A stretch of 62,429 bases of DNA, the filler included. It is 8 parts of 8 records of this genome, joined end to end, with 100 filler letters (N's around TTAATTAATTAA, not from the genome) between each part and the next. Parts side by side here need not be neighbours in the genome. Positions count along the whole stretch, not along the records: positions 12,995 to 23,744 come from SRR31147125_33187; positions 23,845 to 31,931 come from SRR31147125_33202; 6 more parts are not named here. The stretch is one strand, 5' to 3'. Numbering within the stretch: the first letter of the stretch is position 1; each line of letters opens with the position of its first letter. The position numbers and the translations under genes are program-made. Of this stretch, positions 19,585-30,680 are shown piece by piece. The notes beneath the pieces are model-generated. The model did no database searches, had not been told where the DNA came from, and worked only from the letters and a program-made list of their open reading frames with translations.

Positions 19585-21136
19585 TTAGTTTAATAGATTT
19601 CCTGCTGCTTTTACTTTTATTCTTGTTGCATTACCTGGATGATATGCAAGCGGAATATCTTCAACTTCGACAATCTCAATTGTTTCAGGATCAGCCCCAG
19701 CTTTTACAGCCTCAGCAACAGCTAAATCTTTAGCATCCCCTATAACGTCATCTCTTTCTTTACCATCAAGAGAAAATTCGGTCAATCTCCCCACTAACTT
19801 GTGCTATAGCAGAACCGATTGCATTTGCAACGTCATAGCTATCAGGGCGAATGATTGTACCAACGCCTGGGATATCGTCTTTAATAAGAACGCTACCACC
19901 ACCAACAAGGATAAGCTCAGCATCATCTGATGAAAGTTTCATCTTGTCGATTCCATTAGAAACAAGCTCTGTCATGATATCCATAACTTTTTGCGCATAT
20001 TCAAGCTCGATAAAGTCTACTTTAGACTTATCGCCCATATTAACCATACCCAGCCTAACAGCAATGTCAGATGCAGTCATTGTACTGCCACCAAAGACAT
20101 ATGCTTCTTCCGTAAGCTTATAACCAACACTATCAGGTCCAACAACGATCTCCCCATCATTGTCATGGATGATTGTTCCGCCTCCAAGACCGATTGATAC
20201 AAGGTCAGGCATTCTAAAGTTGGTTCTTGCTCCACCGATATCTACAGCCAAAGATGATTCTCTTGGAAATCCCTTTGATATTACTCCAATATCAGATGTC
20301 GTGCCACCAACGTCTAGTACAATCGCTTCTTTTTTATCAGATAAGAAAGATGCACCACGAATACTGTTTGTAGGTCCACAAGCAACAGTTAAGATTGGAT
20401 ACTTTTTAGCATAGTCAGCAGACATTAAAGTACCATCATTTTGGCAAAGATAGATGCGTGCATTCTTAATGCCTTCTTGCTCAAGACCACTGATGAATCC
20501 TTCTGTAACTGTTTTAGCAACATTGGTTAAAGTAGCATTAAGAATTGTTGCATTCTCTCGTTCTATCAGACCAAGCGATCCAATCTCGCAAGAAAGAGAA
20601 ACTGGAATATCCCCAAGTTCTTCTTTTGCAATCTCCATTGCACGATATTCACAATCTGATTTTATTGATGCAAAAACAGATATGATTGCAATAGATTCAA
20701 CCTTACCTTTAAATGATTTGAATATTCTGCGTAGGTCTTCTTCATCTGTAGGTGTGATTTCTCTACCATCAAACTCATAGCCGCCATAAGTGATTTCTAT
20801 CATATCACCAACGGCTGACCTAAGCTCATCTGGCCAATCCACCATCGGCTTTATTGCCATTGTAGAAGGTTTACCCATGCGGATAATTCCAACTTTACAC
20901 AGCTTTTTACGCTCAACTATTGCATTAGTACAATGCGTTGTTCCAAGCATAGCAAACGAGATATCTTGCGGATTAATGTCTGTTTGAGAAATAACATTTT
21001 TAATTGCAGTAAATATACCCGTTGTTACATCCAAAGTGGTAGGGGATTTCGTTTTTGCAACAAGCTTAAAATTCTCGTCTATTAAAACAGCATCGGTGTT
21101 TGTTCCGCCTACGTCTATTCCTAGTCTATAGCTCAT
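19585..21136 (-). CDS. Hydantoinase/oxoprolinase family protein (frameshift near 19770)
   Basis: GIDVGGTNTDAV, LGTTHCTNA, ERENATILNA, GPTNSIRGA, DVGGTTSD, ANAIGSA; the C-terminal ORF (EDIPLAYHPG..RIKVKAAG) continues in another frame. Confidence 0.9.
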
Positions 21137-22227
21137 TATTTTGAATCCTCCTTTACCATCTCTTCAATTGGAACATAGTCTACATCATATTTGAAGTATC
21201 TAGGTCCAACAGTTTCGATACCTTTTGGTGTTCTCCATTTTTCATTACAAGGAAGACCTATTACAACAACACGTCTACCATATTTTAAAGATTCTGTTGT
21301 GATTGGAACGCTTGATTCTAGGTCTAGGCAACAGATAAGGTCTGGAGTTGTTGCAACAACTTTGCCGTCTTTAATCCCGATAAGGTTCTCGTTTTGGAAC
21401 TCCATCTCAAACTTCTCACCTTTGTTTTCTTCTAGACCTTCCATAACAGCTTTACCAAAATTAAAACCCTCTCTAGTCTCACGAAGCACATCAGTAATTT
21501 TCCCTTTAAATAAAAGGTGTCCATCAGTAAACTCTAAAAGCTCATCTATTGGGTTACAACCTGTTTCAGATGATTTTCTAATAATCTTTCCGATGTTTTC
21601 TGAGTATGTCATGATTCTTGGAATAGCAGATTGTTTTACTTGTTTTCCTGTCATAGGATATATATTTATGATAACTGAACCACCCATAGTGATGGTTGCA
21701 ACTCTCGCTAAGTCCTCAGACCATTTGTTGCTGATGGTCTGCATGATCTCTAAATTTCCCTTTTCATCTGTAACTACCATTGGTGATGCTGTTATTCCAT
21801 CAAGATGATAAGTTACCATTTGTAGTTCCGGAAATGCCCTTCCCATGCCATCTGCATCAATAATCGGTAGCCCCATTTGAGCAGCGATTGCAAGTGGAAG
21901 CATAGAATTTATTCCACCAGCTTCTATCGGCATTGTTGCTGTAACTTTTTTTCCTAAGAATTTTGACATTGCATCGAAGCAACGTTTTGCTTCTTCTCCG
22001 TTTGGTATTTTTTCTACCAAGACAGAAGGTGCTCCCATCATAGCTGATGGCACGATTAACATATCATCTTCAATTTCTGAAGGATCCAACATAGTTATTG
22101 GTCCATAATCTTTGATCGCCTGTATCGCCATTAGCTTGCCTAGGTGAGGATCTCCACCCCCACCTGTGCCAAGCAATGCAGCACCAATTGAAATATTTTC
22201 AATCGCTTCTACATCAAGTTTTCTCAT
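21136..22227 (-). CDS. DUF917 family protein
   Basis: GAALLGTGGGGDP, MGAP, EAGGINS, DADGMGRAFPELQM, FQNENL, TPDLI; translationally coupled to both neighbours. Confidence 0.9.
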   Translation of the reverse strand: MRKLDVEAIENISIGAALLGTGGGGDPHLGKLMAIQAIKDYGPITMLDPSEIEDDMLIVPSAMMGAPSVLVEKIPNGEEAKRCFDAMSKFLGKKVTATMPIEAGGINSMLPLAIAAQMGLPIIDADGMGRAFPELQMVTYHLDGITASPMVVTDEKGNLEIMQTISNKWSEDLARVATITMGGSVIINIYPMTGKQVKQSAIPRIMTYSENIGKIIRKSSETGCNPIDELLEFTDGHLLFKGKITDVLRETREGFNFGKAVMEGLEENKGEKFEMEFQNENLIGIKDGKVVATTPDLICCLDLESSVPITTESLKYGRRVVVIGLPCNEKWRTPKGIETVGPRYFKYDVDYVPIEEMVKEDSK

Positions 22228-23483
22228 TATTCTTTGCCTCCAATGATAACATCAAGGATAATATAAAGAACAAAAGCAACTATTAATCCATTGATTGCTG
22301 TAAGACCCCATTTAACAAAGTATCCAACAAGTCCACCAGCAAGCCACGCGACTATTGCATGCCACCTTACGCCTTTAACAGGAGCCCAGTTTTCTTTGTT
22401 ACCCTTTTTTCTTACCCAATAGTCAGCGATCATAACACCTGCGATTGGTGTGATTCCTGCTGTTAGAACCATTAGGAAAGGAATAAAGCTGTTAAGAATA
22501 CCAACAACCGCTAATACTGTACCAAGGATCCCTGCTGCAGCAGTTGCAAGAGCACGCTTCTTGTCGCCAAGGTTGAACATGTTAGTAATAGCAAATCCAC
22601 CTGAATATGCGTTAACTGTGTTTGTTGTCCATGTTGCTAATATAAGAACGATCAATCCGACCATTGGAAGACCGAGACCAGCTAGAACAGCAGAAATATC
22701 AGCAGTTGAAGCAACAGCAGACATTGCAGCACCAGCTACAACCATCAATACTCCAAGTGGCCATACACCAACGATTGATGAAACAGCAGATCCCATTCTG
22801 TTCTTTGCATATCTTGAATAATCAGCAGCAATAACCCCACCAACTGCGAATGATCCAACAGCGATTGCAACGCCTTGGAAAAAGCTGAAAGGAGCAGCAG
22901 GCTCAGCAGAAACGATTCCAGCCATGCCGTATGTGTTTATTGCTGAAAATACACCATAGATAACTATGAAGATCATTGCAGGAACAGCGATATAGTTTAG
23001 ATAAGCAAGTGCTTTATATCCAACAATAGCTGTTGAAAGCATGATGATTCCCCACATAAGTGATCCAAGCCATACAGGGAAAGTTACACCCATTTGACCA
23101 AGAAGCGCAGAAAAAGCCGCACCAGTAACTCCACACTGAACACCAAACCAACCGATAAGAGCAACACCAAGAATAAATGATATAACTACTCTTGATCCCA
23201 CTATACCGAATGTTGATGAAGCCGATACTACTGTTGGTCTTCCAAGGTCAGCTCCTTGCATACCTTGAAAAGTCATGAAAGCTACAACGATAGTGTATCC
23301 AACGATACCAGCCAAAATAGCTTGCCAAAACGGTAATCCACTAACTAATGATCCACCAGCCATAAGAGATGGAACACATATCATAGCTCCACCCCAAATT
23401 AGAGCGATACTAAACCATGATTTTCTTTGCGATTGAGGTATTTCACTCAAGCCGTCAATTTGATTTGATTTGTTTTCTGACAT
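22227..23483 (-). CDS. Cytosine permease / NCS1 family transporter
   Basis: About 12 hydrophobic segments; GWFGVQ, ADYSRYA, WTTNTVNAYSG; RBS GGAGGA before ATG 23483. Confidence 0.88.
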   Translation of the reverse strand: MSENKSNQIDGLSEIPQSQRKSWFSIALIWGGAMICVPSLMAGGSLVSGLPFWQAILAGIVGYTIVVAFMTFQGMQGADLGRPTVVSASSTFGIVGSRVVISFILGVALIGWFGVQCGVTGAAFSALLGQMGVTFPVWLGSLMWGIIMLSTAIVGYKALAYLNYIAVPAMIFIVIYGVFSAINTYGMAGIVSAEPAAPFSFFQGVAIAVGSFAVGGVIAADYSRYAKNRMGSAVSSIVGVWPLGVLMVVAGAAMSAVASTADISAVLAGLGLPMVGLIVLILATWTTNTVNAYSGGFAITNMFNLGDKKRALATAAAGILGTVLAVVGILNSFIPFLMVLTAGITPIAGVMIADYWVRKKGNKENWAPVKGVRWHAIVAWLAGGLVGYFVKWGLTAINGLIVAFVLYIILDVIIGGKE

Positions 23484-23541
23484 TAAAATTTCCTCCATTA
23501 AAATATTGTATTACTGAAAAATATCAGTCCACTTTATATAT

Positions 23542-23557
23542 AGCAATTTGCGTGCCG
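23542..23557 (-). promoter_or_regulatory. Sigma-54 (-24/-12) promoter of the permease-DUF917-hydantoinase operon
   Basis: Minus strand CGGCAC-GCAAA-TTGCT matches TGGCAC-N5-TTGC. Confidence 0.8.
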
Positions 23558-23615
23558 ATAAAACAACCGTGAAATCACTATTTATACTGTTAATATTGCA
23601 CAATCTTTATTATTT

Positions 23616-23682
23616 TTCTCAAATTAATTCTCATTTTTCTCATTTTCTCACAATTTCGCATTTAATTATTGAGAAATGAGAA
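23616..23682. promoter_or_regulatory. Clustered TTCTCA/TGAGAA half-sites, putative enhancer (UAS) for a sigma54 activator
   Basis: TTCTCA at 23616, 23628, 23637, 23645 and TGAGAA at 23670, 23677, upstream of the -24 box. Confidence 0.55.
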
Positions 23683-23697
23683 TTTTGTAGGTATAAT
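23669..23697 (+). promoter_or_regulatory. Sigma-A promoter of a divergent gene starting at ATG 23732 (cut by the contig end)
   Basis: TTGAGA-N17-TATAAT; RBS GAGGTG before the ATG. Confidence 0.65.
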
Positions 23698-23744
23698 GAT
23701 AAAAATGATGCAATAGATTCAGAGGTGAGAAATGACAACAGAGG

Positions 23745-23844
23745 NNNNNNNNNNNNNNNNNNNNNNNNNNNNNNNNNNNNNNNNNNNNTTAATTAATTAA
23801 NNNNNNNNNNNNNNNNNNNNNNNNNNNNNNNNNNNNNNNNNNNN
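23745..23844. other. Artificial contig linker
   Basis: N44-TTAATTAATTAA-N44. Confidence 0.99.
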
Positions 23845-24509
23845 TTTTGGGTAACATGTCCTGCTAATTCGTCTGATTCTATGCACTGAACAAACATAGA
23901 TTTATCCAAACCAACTTTTTCAATTAAATCAAAATTCCAATCTCTTTTTTCTACATCAAACAATCCAGTTCCAGAGCCATCAGAAACCTCTGTGCAAATT
24001 TCATCAGTCATTAAGAAACGAATATAATCCTTTGGCATAAAGAATTTTTCTATTTTTGCATAGTTTTCTGGCTCGTTATTTTTAACCCATAGAATTTTTC
24101 CGCCTGTAAAACCTGTAAGCATAGTATTGTTGCTGTAAGAAATAAGAGAATCTAATCCGCCAGCCTTTTCAATGATTTCATCGCATTCAGCCCCAGTTCT
24201 TTGGTCATTCCAAAGGATAGAGGGTCTAACCACATTGTTTTCTTTGTCCATAGCTACAAGTCCGTGCATTTGACCAGAAAAACCAAGACCTACTATATCT
24301 TTGTTGTTTATTCCGCTATCTTCAACAGCCTTTTTCATAGCCTTACATGTACCTTGCCACCAATCTGCTGGGTCTTGTTCTGACCACCCAGTTTTAGGAA
24401 TAGAAAGCGGATAATTTTCTGTTACGCTAGAGAGCACATTTGCATTTTCATCTATAACAATACATTTAACACCAGATGTACCAACATCTATACCTGCAAT
24501 ATATTTCAT
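23845..24509 (-). CDS. xylB: Xylulokinase, 3'-truncated
   Basis: GIDVGTSGVK, GWSEQDP, FSGQMHGLV, ILWNDQRT, PKDYIRF; follows xylA. Confidence 0.93.
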
Positions 24510-24587
24510 TTATATTATTATTCCTTTCGTTATTTCCAATCATCAAACAAATAAATCAATATTTTGATGTAAGCTGTTTGGCTTACT

Positions 24588-24614
24588 AAAAAACAGCTCC
24601 CCGAATTGGGGAGC
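24588..24614 (-). terminator. Hairpin/terminator between xylA and xylB
   Basis: GCTCCCC-AATTC-GGGGAGC followed by TGTTTTTT on the minus strand. Confidence 0.65.
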
Positions 24615-24628
24615 GTAAAACGAATATA

Positions 24629-25939
24629 TTATCCAAATATGATTGAGTTTAAAATTCCTTCATAATACTCTTGGCTGCCGCTTTCGTTGTTTGTAACTTT
24701 ACCTAATTCTAATGCATAATCAGAAAGTTCTTCAAATGAAGTTTCGCCAGCTGTAATTTTAGCACCAATACCAGATTTATAGCTTGAATATCTGTTTTCT
24801 ATAAATGTGTCTAATCTACCATCTTCAATTATTTTTGCAGCTAATTTATACCCTAATGCCATTGCATCCATACCCACGATATAACCGTTGAAGATATCTT
24901 CTGGTGCAGTTGAACAACGACGGAGTTTAGCATCAAAGTTTGTTCCACCGTTTGTGAAACCACCAGCTTTAATAACTTCGTACATTGACATTGCAATATC
25001 ATAGATATTAGTAGGGAAGTTGTCAGTATCCCATCCGTTAAATACTTCGCCTTGGTTAGCGTCAATAGAACCGAATATTCCATTTTCTCTTGCCATTCTT
25101 AGTTCATGTGCAAAGCTGTGTCCTGCTAATGTAGCATGGTTAGCTTCTATATTCATTCTAAAATCATCCATTAAGTCGTATTTTTGCAAGAAGCTTTGAC
25201 ATGTTTGAACATCATAGTCATATTGGTGTGTTGAAGGTTCCATTGGCTTTGGCTCGATATAGAAATCGCCTTTAAAGCCAATTTTTCTTCCGTAGTCTCT
25301 TGCCATTGTTAGCATTTTTGCTAAATTATCTATTTCAAGACCAATGTTAGTATTTAAAAGTGTAGAATATCCTTCTCTTCCACCCCAGAAAACGTAACCG
25401 TTTCCGCCTAGTCTTACAGTAATTTCAAGAGCTTTTTTGATTTGTGCTGCTGTATAAGCAAAAACGTCAGCATTGCATGATGTCGCTGCACCGTGCATGA
25501 ATCTAGGATGTGAAAAAGCGTTTGTTGTTCCCCATAAAAGTTTTTTGTCATGCTTTTTCATTTGTTCTTCAATCAAGTCCACGATTTCATCAAGGTTCTT
25601 TTGTGTTTCAGCTAATGTATCTCCAGCAGGAGCGATATCAGCATCGTGGAAACAAAAGTATTCGATGCCTAATTTGTTCATGATTTCAAAACCGGCATGA
25701 ACTTTGTTTTTTGCAATTTCCATTGGAGTGCTTCCGCCAAATGTTTTATCTTGTGTTCCTCCACCAAAAATATCAGCACCTTCGCCGCATAGTGTGTGCC
25801 AATAGGACATAGCAAACTTTAAGTTGTCTTTCATTGGTTTTCCATTAACCACTTCATCAGGATTATAGAACTTAAAGGAAAACTTATCTCCGCCTACACC
25901 TTTGTATTCAATTTTAGGTACATTACTATAAAATTCCAT
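24629..25939 (-). CDS. xylA: Xylose isomerase (class II)
   Basis: [48 protein letters not shown]. Confidence 0.97.
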   Translation of the reverse strand: MEFYSNVPKIEYKGVGGDKFSFKFYNPDEVVNGKPMKDNLKFAMSYWHTLCGEGADIFGGGTQDKTFGGSTPMEIAKNKVHAGFEIMNKLGIEYFCFHDADIAPAGDTLAETQKNLDEIVDLIEEQMKKHDKKLLWGTTNAFSHPRFMHGAATSCNADVFAYTAAQIKKALEITVRLGGNGYVFWGGREGYSTLLNTNIGLEIDNLAKMLTMARDYGRKIGFKGDFYIEPKPMEPSTHQYDYDVQTCQSFLQKYDLMDDFRMNIEANHATLAGHSFAHELRMARENGIFGSIDANQGEVFNGWDTDNFPTNIYDIAMSMYEVIKAGGFTNGGTNFDAKLRRCSTAPEDIFNGYIVGMDAMALGYKLAAKIIEDGRLDTFIENRYSSYKSGIGAKITAGETSFEELSDYALELGKVTNNESGSQEYYEGILNSIIFG

Positions 25940-25984
25940 TATTTTTTCTCCTTTGATTTTTTAACGGGGTTAGCCGTATTATAT

Positions 25985-27007
25985 TTAAAAATTGTATTTC
26001 ATTTTTATACCAATATTAGTGTATCTTTTGCTACCATCCAACTTTGAAGCCCCAATTATATGATCAAATAGTAGTTTTACCGATTGAAAACCCTGCTCGT
26101 AAGGCTGCTGACAAATAGTTGCATCTATAATGCCTGCTTTTATATGCTTGATTCTATCGCTTGTAGCGTCGTTTGTAATAATGCTCAGCTTATCTTGTAA
26201 TCCATTATCGATAATTGCCTTAACACCACCAACAGCACCACCAGCTGCAAAATATACTGCTGTTATATCAGTGTTTTTTATATATGCATTCACTTTTTCA
26301 TATGTATATGAATTACTGTCATTTCCTTCAATCGTATCAATAACCTCAATATTGGGATACTCGCTTTTTACTACATCATAAAATCCCTTAAGTCTTCTGT
26401 TGTGTCCCAAAATTTTATACGAACCAGTAACGGCTAAAATCTTTGCCTTTCCATGAGTTACAAGACCCATCATGCCACCAGCTGTTTGACCAGAAGCATA
26501 ATAGTCACATCCTATATAAGTTACAAAATCACAGTTCTCTATATCAGAGTTGAGTGCAACTATCGGCAGGCCACCTTTATTAAGCTCTAAAAGTTTTGCT
26601 TTAATTCTCTCATCATTTATGGGCGTAATAGCTAATCCTGTTATCCCACTACTTAATAGCTTCTCAATACCCAACAGCTGATTTTCTACATCGAAGCCCT
26701 GCATATTCTCAATTTCCACTGAAAAGCCAAAATCAGCAATTTCAGATGTGCTATCCTCAATACCCTTAAAAACTTCAGTAAAAAAATCATTACCTTTTGC
26801 ACTTACTAAAATACCAATCTTATTTTTTTTGCCTCGAATGGCCAACGATTTTGCAACTAAATTGGGCTTGTATCCCAACTCTTCAGCTATTTTTTTTATA
26901 TTGCTTGCTACAGAATCGTTTACGCCTCCTCTGTTGTTAAGCGCGCGATCCACAGTGCCTCTAGAAACACCAGCAAGCTCTGCAATTTGCTTTATTGTCG
27001 CAGCCAT
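25985..27007 (-). CDS. LacI-family transcriptional regulator (putative xylose repressor)
   Basis: TIKQIAELAGVSRGTVDRALN HTH, hinge YKPNLVAKSL, periplasmic-binding-protein-like sensor; first gene of the xyl operon. Confidence 0.92.
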   Translation of the reverse strand: MAATIKQIAELAGVSRGTVDRALNNRGGVNDSVASNIKKIAEELGYKPNLVAKSLAIRGKKNKIGILVSAKGNDFFTEVFKGIEDSTSEIADFGFSVEIENMQGFDVENQLLGIEKLLSSGITGLAITPINDERIKAKLLELNKGGLPIVALNSDIENCDFVTYIGCDYYASGQTAGGMMGLVTHGKAKILAVTGSYKILGHNRRLKGFYDVVKSEYPNIEVIDTIEGNDSNSYTYEKVNAYIKNTDITAVYFAAGGAVGGVKAIIDNGLQDKLSIITNDATSDRIKHIKAGIIDATICQQPYEQGFQSVKLLFDHIIGASKLDGSKRYTNIGIKMKYNF

Positions 27008-27047
27008 AATAAGTATTAGACCTCATAAATTTATGTGTACATCATTT

Positions 27048-27063
27048 TCGTGCGCGTGCACGA
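27048..27063. promoter_or_regulatory. Putative LacI-type operator
   Basis: TCGTGCGCGTGCACGA, near-palindrome with central CG, just downstream of the promoter. Confidence 0.7.
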
Positions 27064-27076
27064 TACATATATTTAT

Positions 27077-27105
27077 ATTATATTACTAGCATTTTTCTTT
27101 GTCAA
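27077..27105 (-). promoter_or_regulatory. Consensus sigma-A promoter of the lacI-xylA-xylB operon
   Basis: Minus strand TTGACA-N17-TATAAT. Confidence 0.85.
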
Positions 27106-27338
27106 TAATATATTTGCAAATAATCAAAATAGTAACGTTAATCGTTCACTAAATGCAATTTGTCCACTCATTTAATTTAAAGAAAAATTTGTGAATGATA
27201 AGCTACCGTTCGTGTAAAAAAAAAGACTGTTCGTGCGCAAACGTTATGCATAGATGTGAATTATGATACAAATTAATTCAAGGAGTATGAATAGTGTAAT
27301 ACTACGTTTGTATATTATTACAAAGGAGATGGCGCAAA

Positions 27339-27734
27339 ATGACAAGCGAGCAAAATGTAAACGCTCAAGGGAAAATTATGATTGTTGATGATAATGCTAC
27401 TAATGTAAAACTACTAGAAATGATGTTAACGATTAACGGCTTTAAAGAGATTATATCGACAACAGATTCTAGAAAAGCACTGGAAATGTTTTATGAAAGT
27501 AAGCCTGACCTTCTTTTGTTGGATTTAAAAATGCCGCATGTAGACGGTTTTGATATCTTGAGGCAACTTAATAAAGATTTTGGTAAAGATAATTCACCTG
27601 TAATTGTGGTTTCTGCACAAAATGATGTTGAAAATCGTCAAAAAGCATTGGACATGGGGGCTGCAGACTTTATAGTGAAGCCTTTTTATAGTAAAGATAT
27701 AATGAGCCGCGTTTGGAATGCTCTTAATAAATAA
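27339..27734 (+). CDS. Single-domain response regulator (REC)
   Basis: IVDD, LLLDLKMP.VDG, VSA, FIVKPF. Confidence 0.93.
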   Translation: MTSEQNVNAQGKIMIVDDNATNVKLLEMMLTINGFKEIISTTDSRKALEMFYESKPDLLLLDLKMPHVDGFDILRQLNKDFGKDNSPVIVVSAQNDVENRQKALDMGAADFIVKPFYSKDIMSRVWNALNK

Positions 27735-27874
27735 TAGAGTTCAACAATAAAAAGCATGAAATTTTTATTTTGTAATTGAATATTAAAAAAAGACGCATAT
27801 TAAAACATATTGCGAATTTGGAGACGGTATAGAATAAAGGAGAAAGTGATTTTGAAAAAAATCCTGCAAAAATA

Positions 27875-30402
27875 ATGGAGCTAGCCAAATGGGTTTGGTT
27901 TTTCTATATTAAATCGACTTTGCTCCCTATGATTATTATTTGCTGTATATTTATTGCTGTAAGTATTTTGGTTCAAAAAACTACTGTCAATACAACAACA
28001 AGTTCACTTAGAGCTCAGCTTCAAGAGGAAATAGAACAGACTACAATACAGGATACACAAAATATAGACGAACAATTAGTAAATATTAACTACATAACTA
28101 GTATATATGCAACTCAAACAGAACAAAATCTGGGAAAAGATACAAGTATTAGCTTGGAGGATGAGAAGAGGTTAGCGTATTCTGATGATGGAATATATTA
28201 TTCGACTAAAGATTCTAAACAAGGTGGGGCAGCTGTTTTTTACAGTGGTTATTATCCAGTAAATGAATCAGAGCGTAACAAGGTTGCTCGGGTTTTGGAA
28301 ACTCAGTATCTAATGAAAGATATCCAAATGGGACATCCACTCGCTGCATCGATATATTTAAACACTTTTGATTCATTAAACGTGATATATCCTTATTTTG
28401 ATGTTTTATCACTGTATCCTGGAGGAATAGATATTCCTAAATTTAATTTTTATTATGAAGCTGACGAGGAGCATAATCCGGATCGCGGAGTAGAATGGAC
28501 AGATGTTTATCTTGATCCTGCTGGACATGGGTGGATGGCATCTTGTATTGCGCCTGTTTATAATGACGATTTTCTTGAAGGTGTAGTTGGAATTGACGTT
28601 ACTGTCAGTATGATCATCAATCAAGTACTCAATCTTGATATACCGTGGGATGGCTACGCTATGCTTATTGGTAGTGATGGTATGATTCTTGCATTGCCGG
28701 AATCTGGCGAAAATGATTGGGGACTAAGTGAACTTACAGAGCATAATTATGCGAAAGCAGTTCTTGAAGATACATTTAAGCCAAGTGAATTTAATATAAA
28801 CAATTTAGATGAACTTTCTGGCTTAGCAAGCGAAATGAAGCAAAGTAAAAGTGGTTCATATACTATTGTATTAAACGGAGATGAAAAATTAGTATCATGG
28901 GCTAATGTTGATACAACTGATTGGAAGTTACTGTATATTGTGTCGGAAAGTTCGATTTATTCTGATGTTGACACAATAGAAAATGCAGAAAAAATAAAAA
29001 CAGGATCATTGTACTTGGGCTGTTCGTATTTTTCATTTTATTCATTGTTGTACTATTCTTAAGATCAAAAGCCCTAAGCGGTAAAATAATGAACCCGTTA
29101 CTAAACATAAATGAAATGACAAAACGCATAGGTAAAGGAGAGTATAATCAGCAAACATCGGATTTTGGGGTCTTAGAATTTAATGAAACATCAGACTGTA
29201 TTGTTGATATGGGAAACCAACTTGGTAATATCAATAAAGATTTGACAAAAGCACGTAACGAGGCAGAAAAAGCAAGCCAAGCGAAATCGCAATTTTTATC
29301 CAATATGAGCCACGAGCTGCGTACACCACTAAATGCTGTTATTGGATTTGCTCAAGTACTTGATATGGATAGCCAAAACCCACTGAATCAGTCTCAGCAA
29401 GAATGTGTTAATGAGATAAACAAAGCAGGCAATCACTTGCTTGAACTGATTAACGAAGTGTTAGATCTTGCAAAAATTGAATCTGGTCACATCACTATGT
29501 CGATTCAACGAGTAAGCGTCAGAAAAATTGTGGAAGAGACAATGGCCCTTATAAAACCTATTGCGGATAGATACAAAACAAATTTAATGATTGATTTTAG
29601 TCAGTGCGACTGTTTTATTAAAGCGGATATGGTAAGGATGAAGCAGATACTTATTAATATTATTTCTAATGCTATTAAATATAATAGAGAAGGAGGAAAC
29701 GTAAAATTTTATTGTGATAGATATAAAGGAGATGTTAGGTTCCACGTTATTGATGAAGGTTTTGGAATACCTAAAAGTGAATTGGATGAGATATTTAAGC
29801 CGTTTAGTCGCTTAAGTGCTACTAAGGATTTGGTAGAAGGAACAGGCATTGGACTTGCTATGGTTAAAGAGTTTGTAGGGTTGATGGATGGTGATGTGCA
29901 GGTTGAATCTGAAATTGGAAAGGGCAGTCACTTTTATATTAGTATCCCAGAAGTTCCAAAAAACCAAGTAGAAGAGGAAATTGCACAGGAAAAAACAGTG
30001 GTTCCTTTACGTAGTATCGATAGTAATAGAAAGCAAAAAGTGCTTTATATAGAAGATAACCCAGCAAACTTAAGTTTGATTCAATGTGTTATGACATATA
30101 TACCTAAAGTAGAGCTATTAAGTACAACACAATCGCAAGCAGGGATTGATATTGCATTATCGCATAAACCTGACTTAATTTTACTGGATATTAATCTTCC
30201 TGATATGGATGGGATCGAAGTATTTAAAATACTGCAAGTCTATGACGAAACCAAAGATATCCCCGTAATAGCTTTAAGTGCAAATGCTATGGAAAAGGAT
30301 ATTGAAAGAGCCTTAGACATGGGCTTTACTGATTATTTTGTAAAGCCAATCAATGTTCCGGTTTTTGTAGATCATATAAAAAGATTCTTTAGTAAAATAT
30401 AA
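27875..30402 (+). CDS. Hybrid sensor histidine kinase (Cache-HAMP-HisKA-HATPase-REC), split by an A-run indel near 28990-29000
   Basis: WTDVYLDPAGHGW Cache motif; adding one A restores TM2 (RIIVLGLFVFFILFIVVLFL); MSHELRTPLN, NAIKY, GTGIGL, LLDINLP. Confidence 0.9.
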
Positions 30403-30496
30403 AGGTATGAAATGGTAATATGACAAATATCGATTATTAAAGTAAATATAGATTAATGAAAAGATAATAACAGTATGTTTAAATTTGAAAATCACT

Positions 30497-30535
30497 AGCA
30501 TTGTAAATTATGCTTAATTTACAATGCTTTTTTTT
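30497..30535 (+). terminator. Intrinsic terminator
   Basis: 14-bp stem AGCATTGTAAATTA/TAATTTACAATGCT plus T-tract. Confidence 0.75.
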
Positions 30536-30680
30536 GTCTTTTTATATAGAAGTTTAATAGATATATGGTATAATATACACATTATAGTCAATTGGCAAGA
30601 AATTCCTAAAGTTTGATTTAGTATAAAACGTAGAGAATTATTAATCTTCAAAAAATTAAATAAAAATGGCAGGTGTAAAT

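Noticed and set aside
23745-23844. Functional link between contigs 3 and 4 (both Clostridia-like) or 1 and 7 (both Bacteroidota-like)
   Set aside because: They may share a source organism, but adjacency across linkers is arbitrary and cannot be shown from this sequence.
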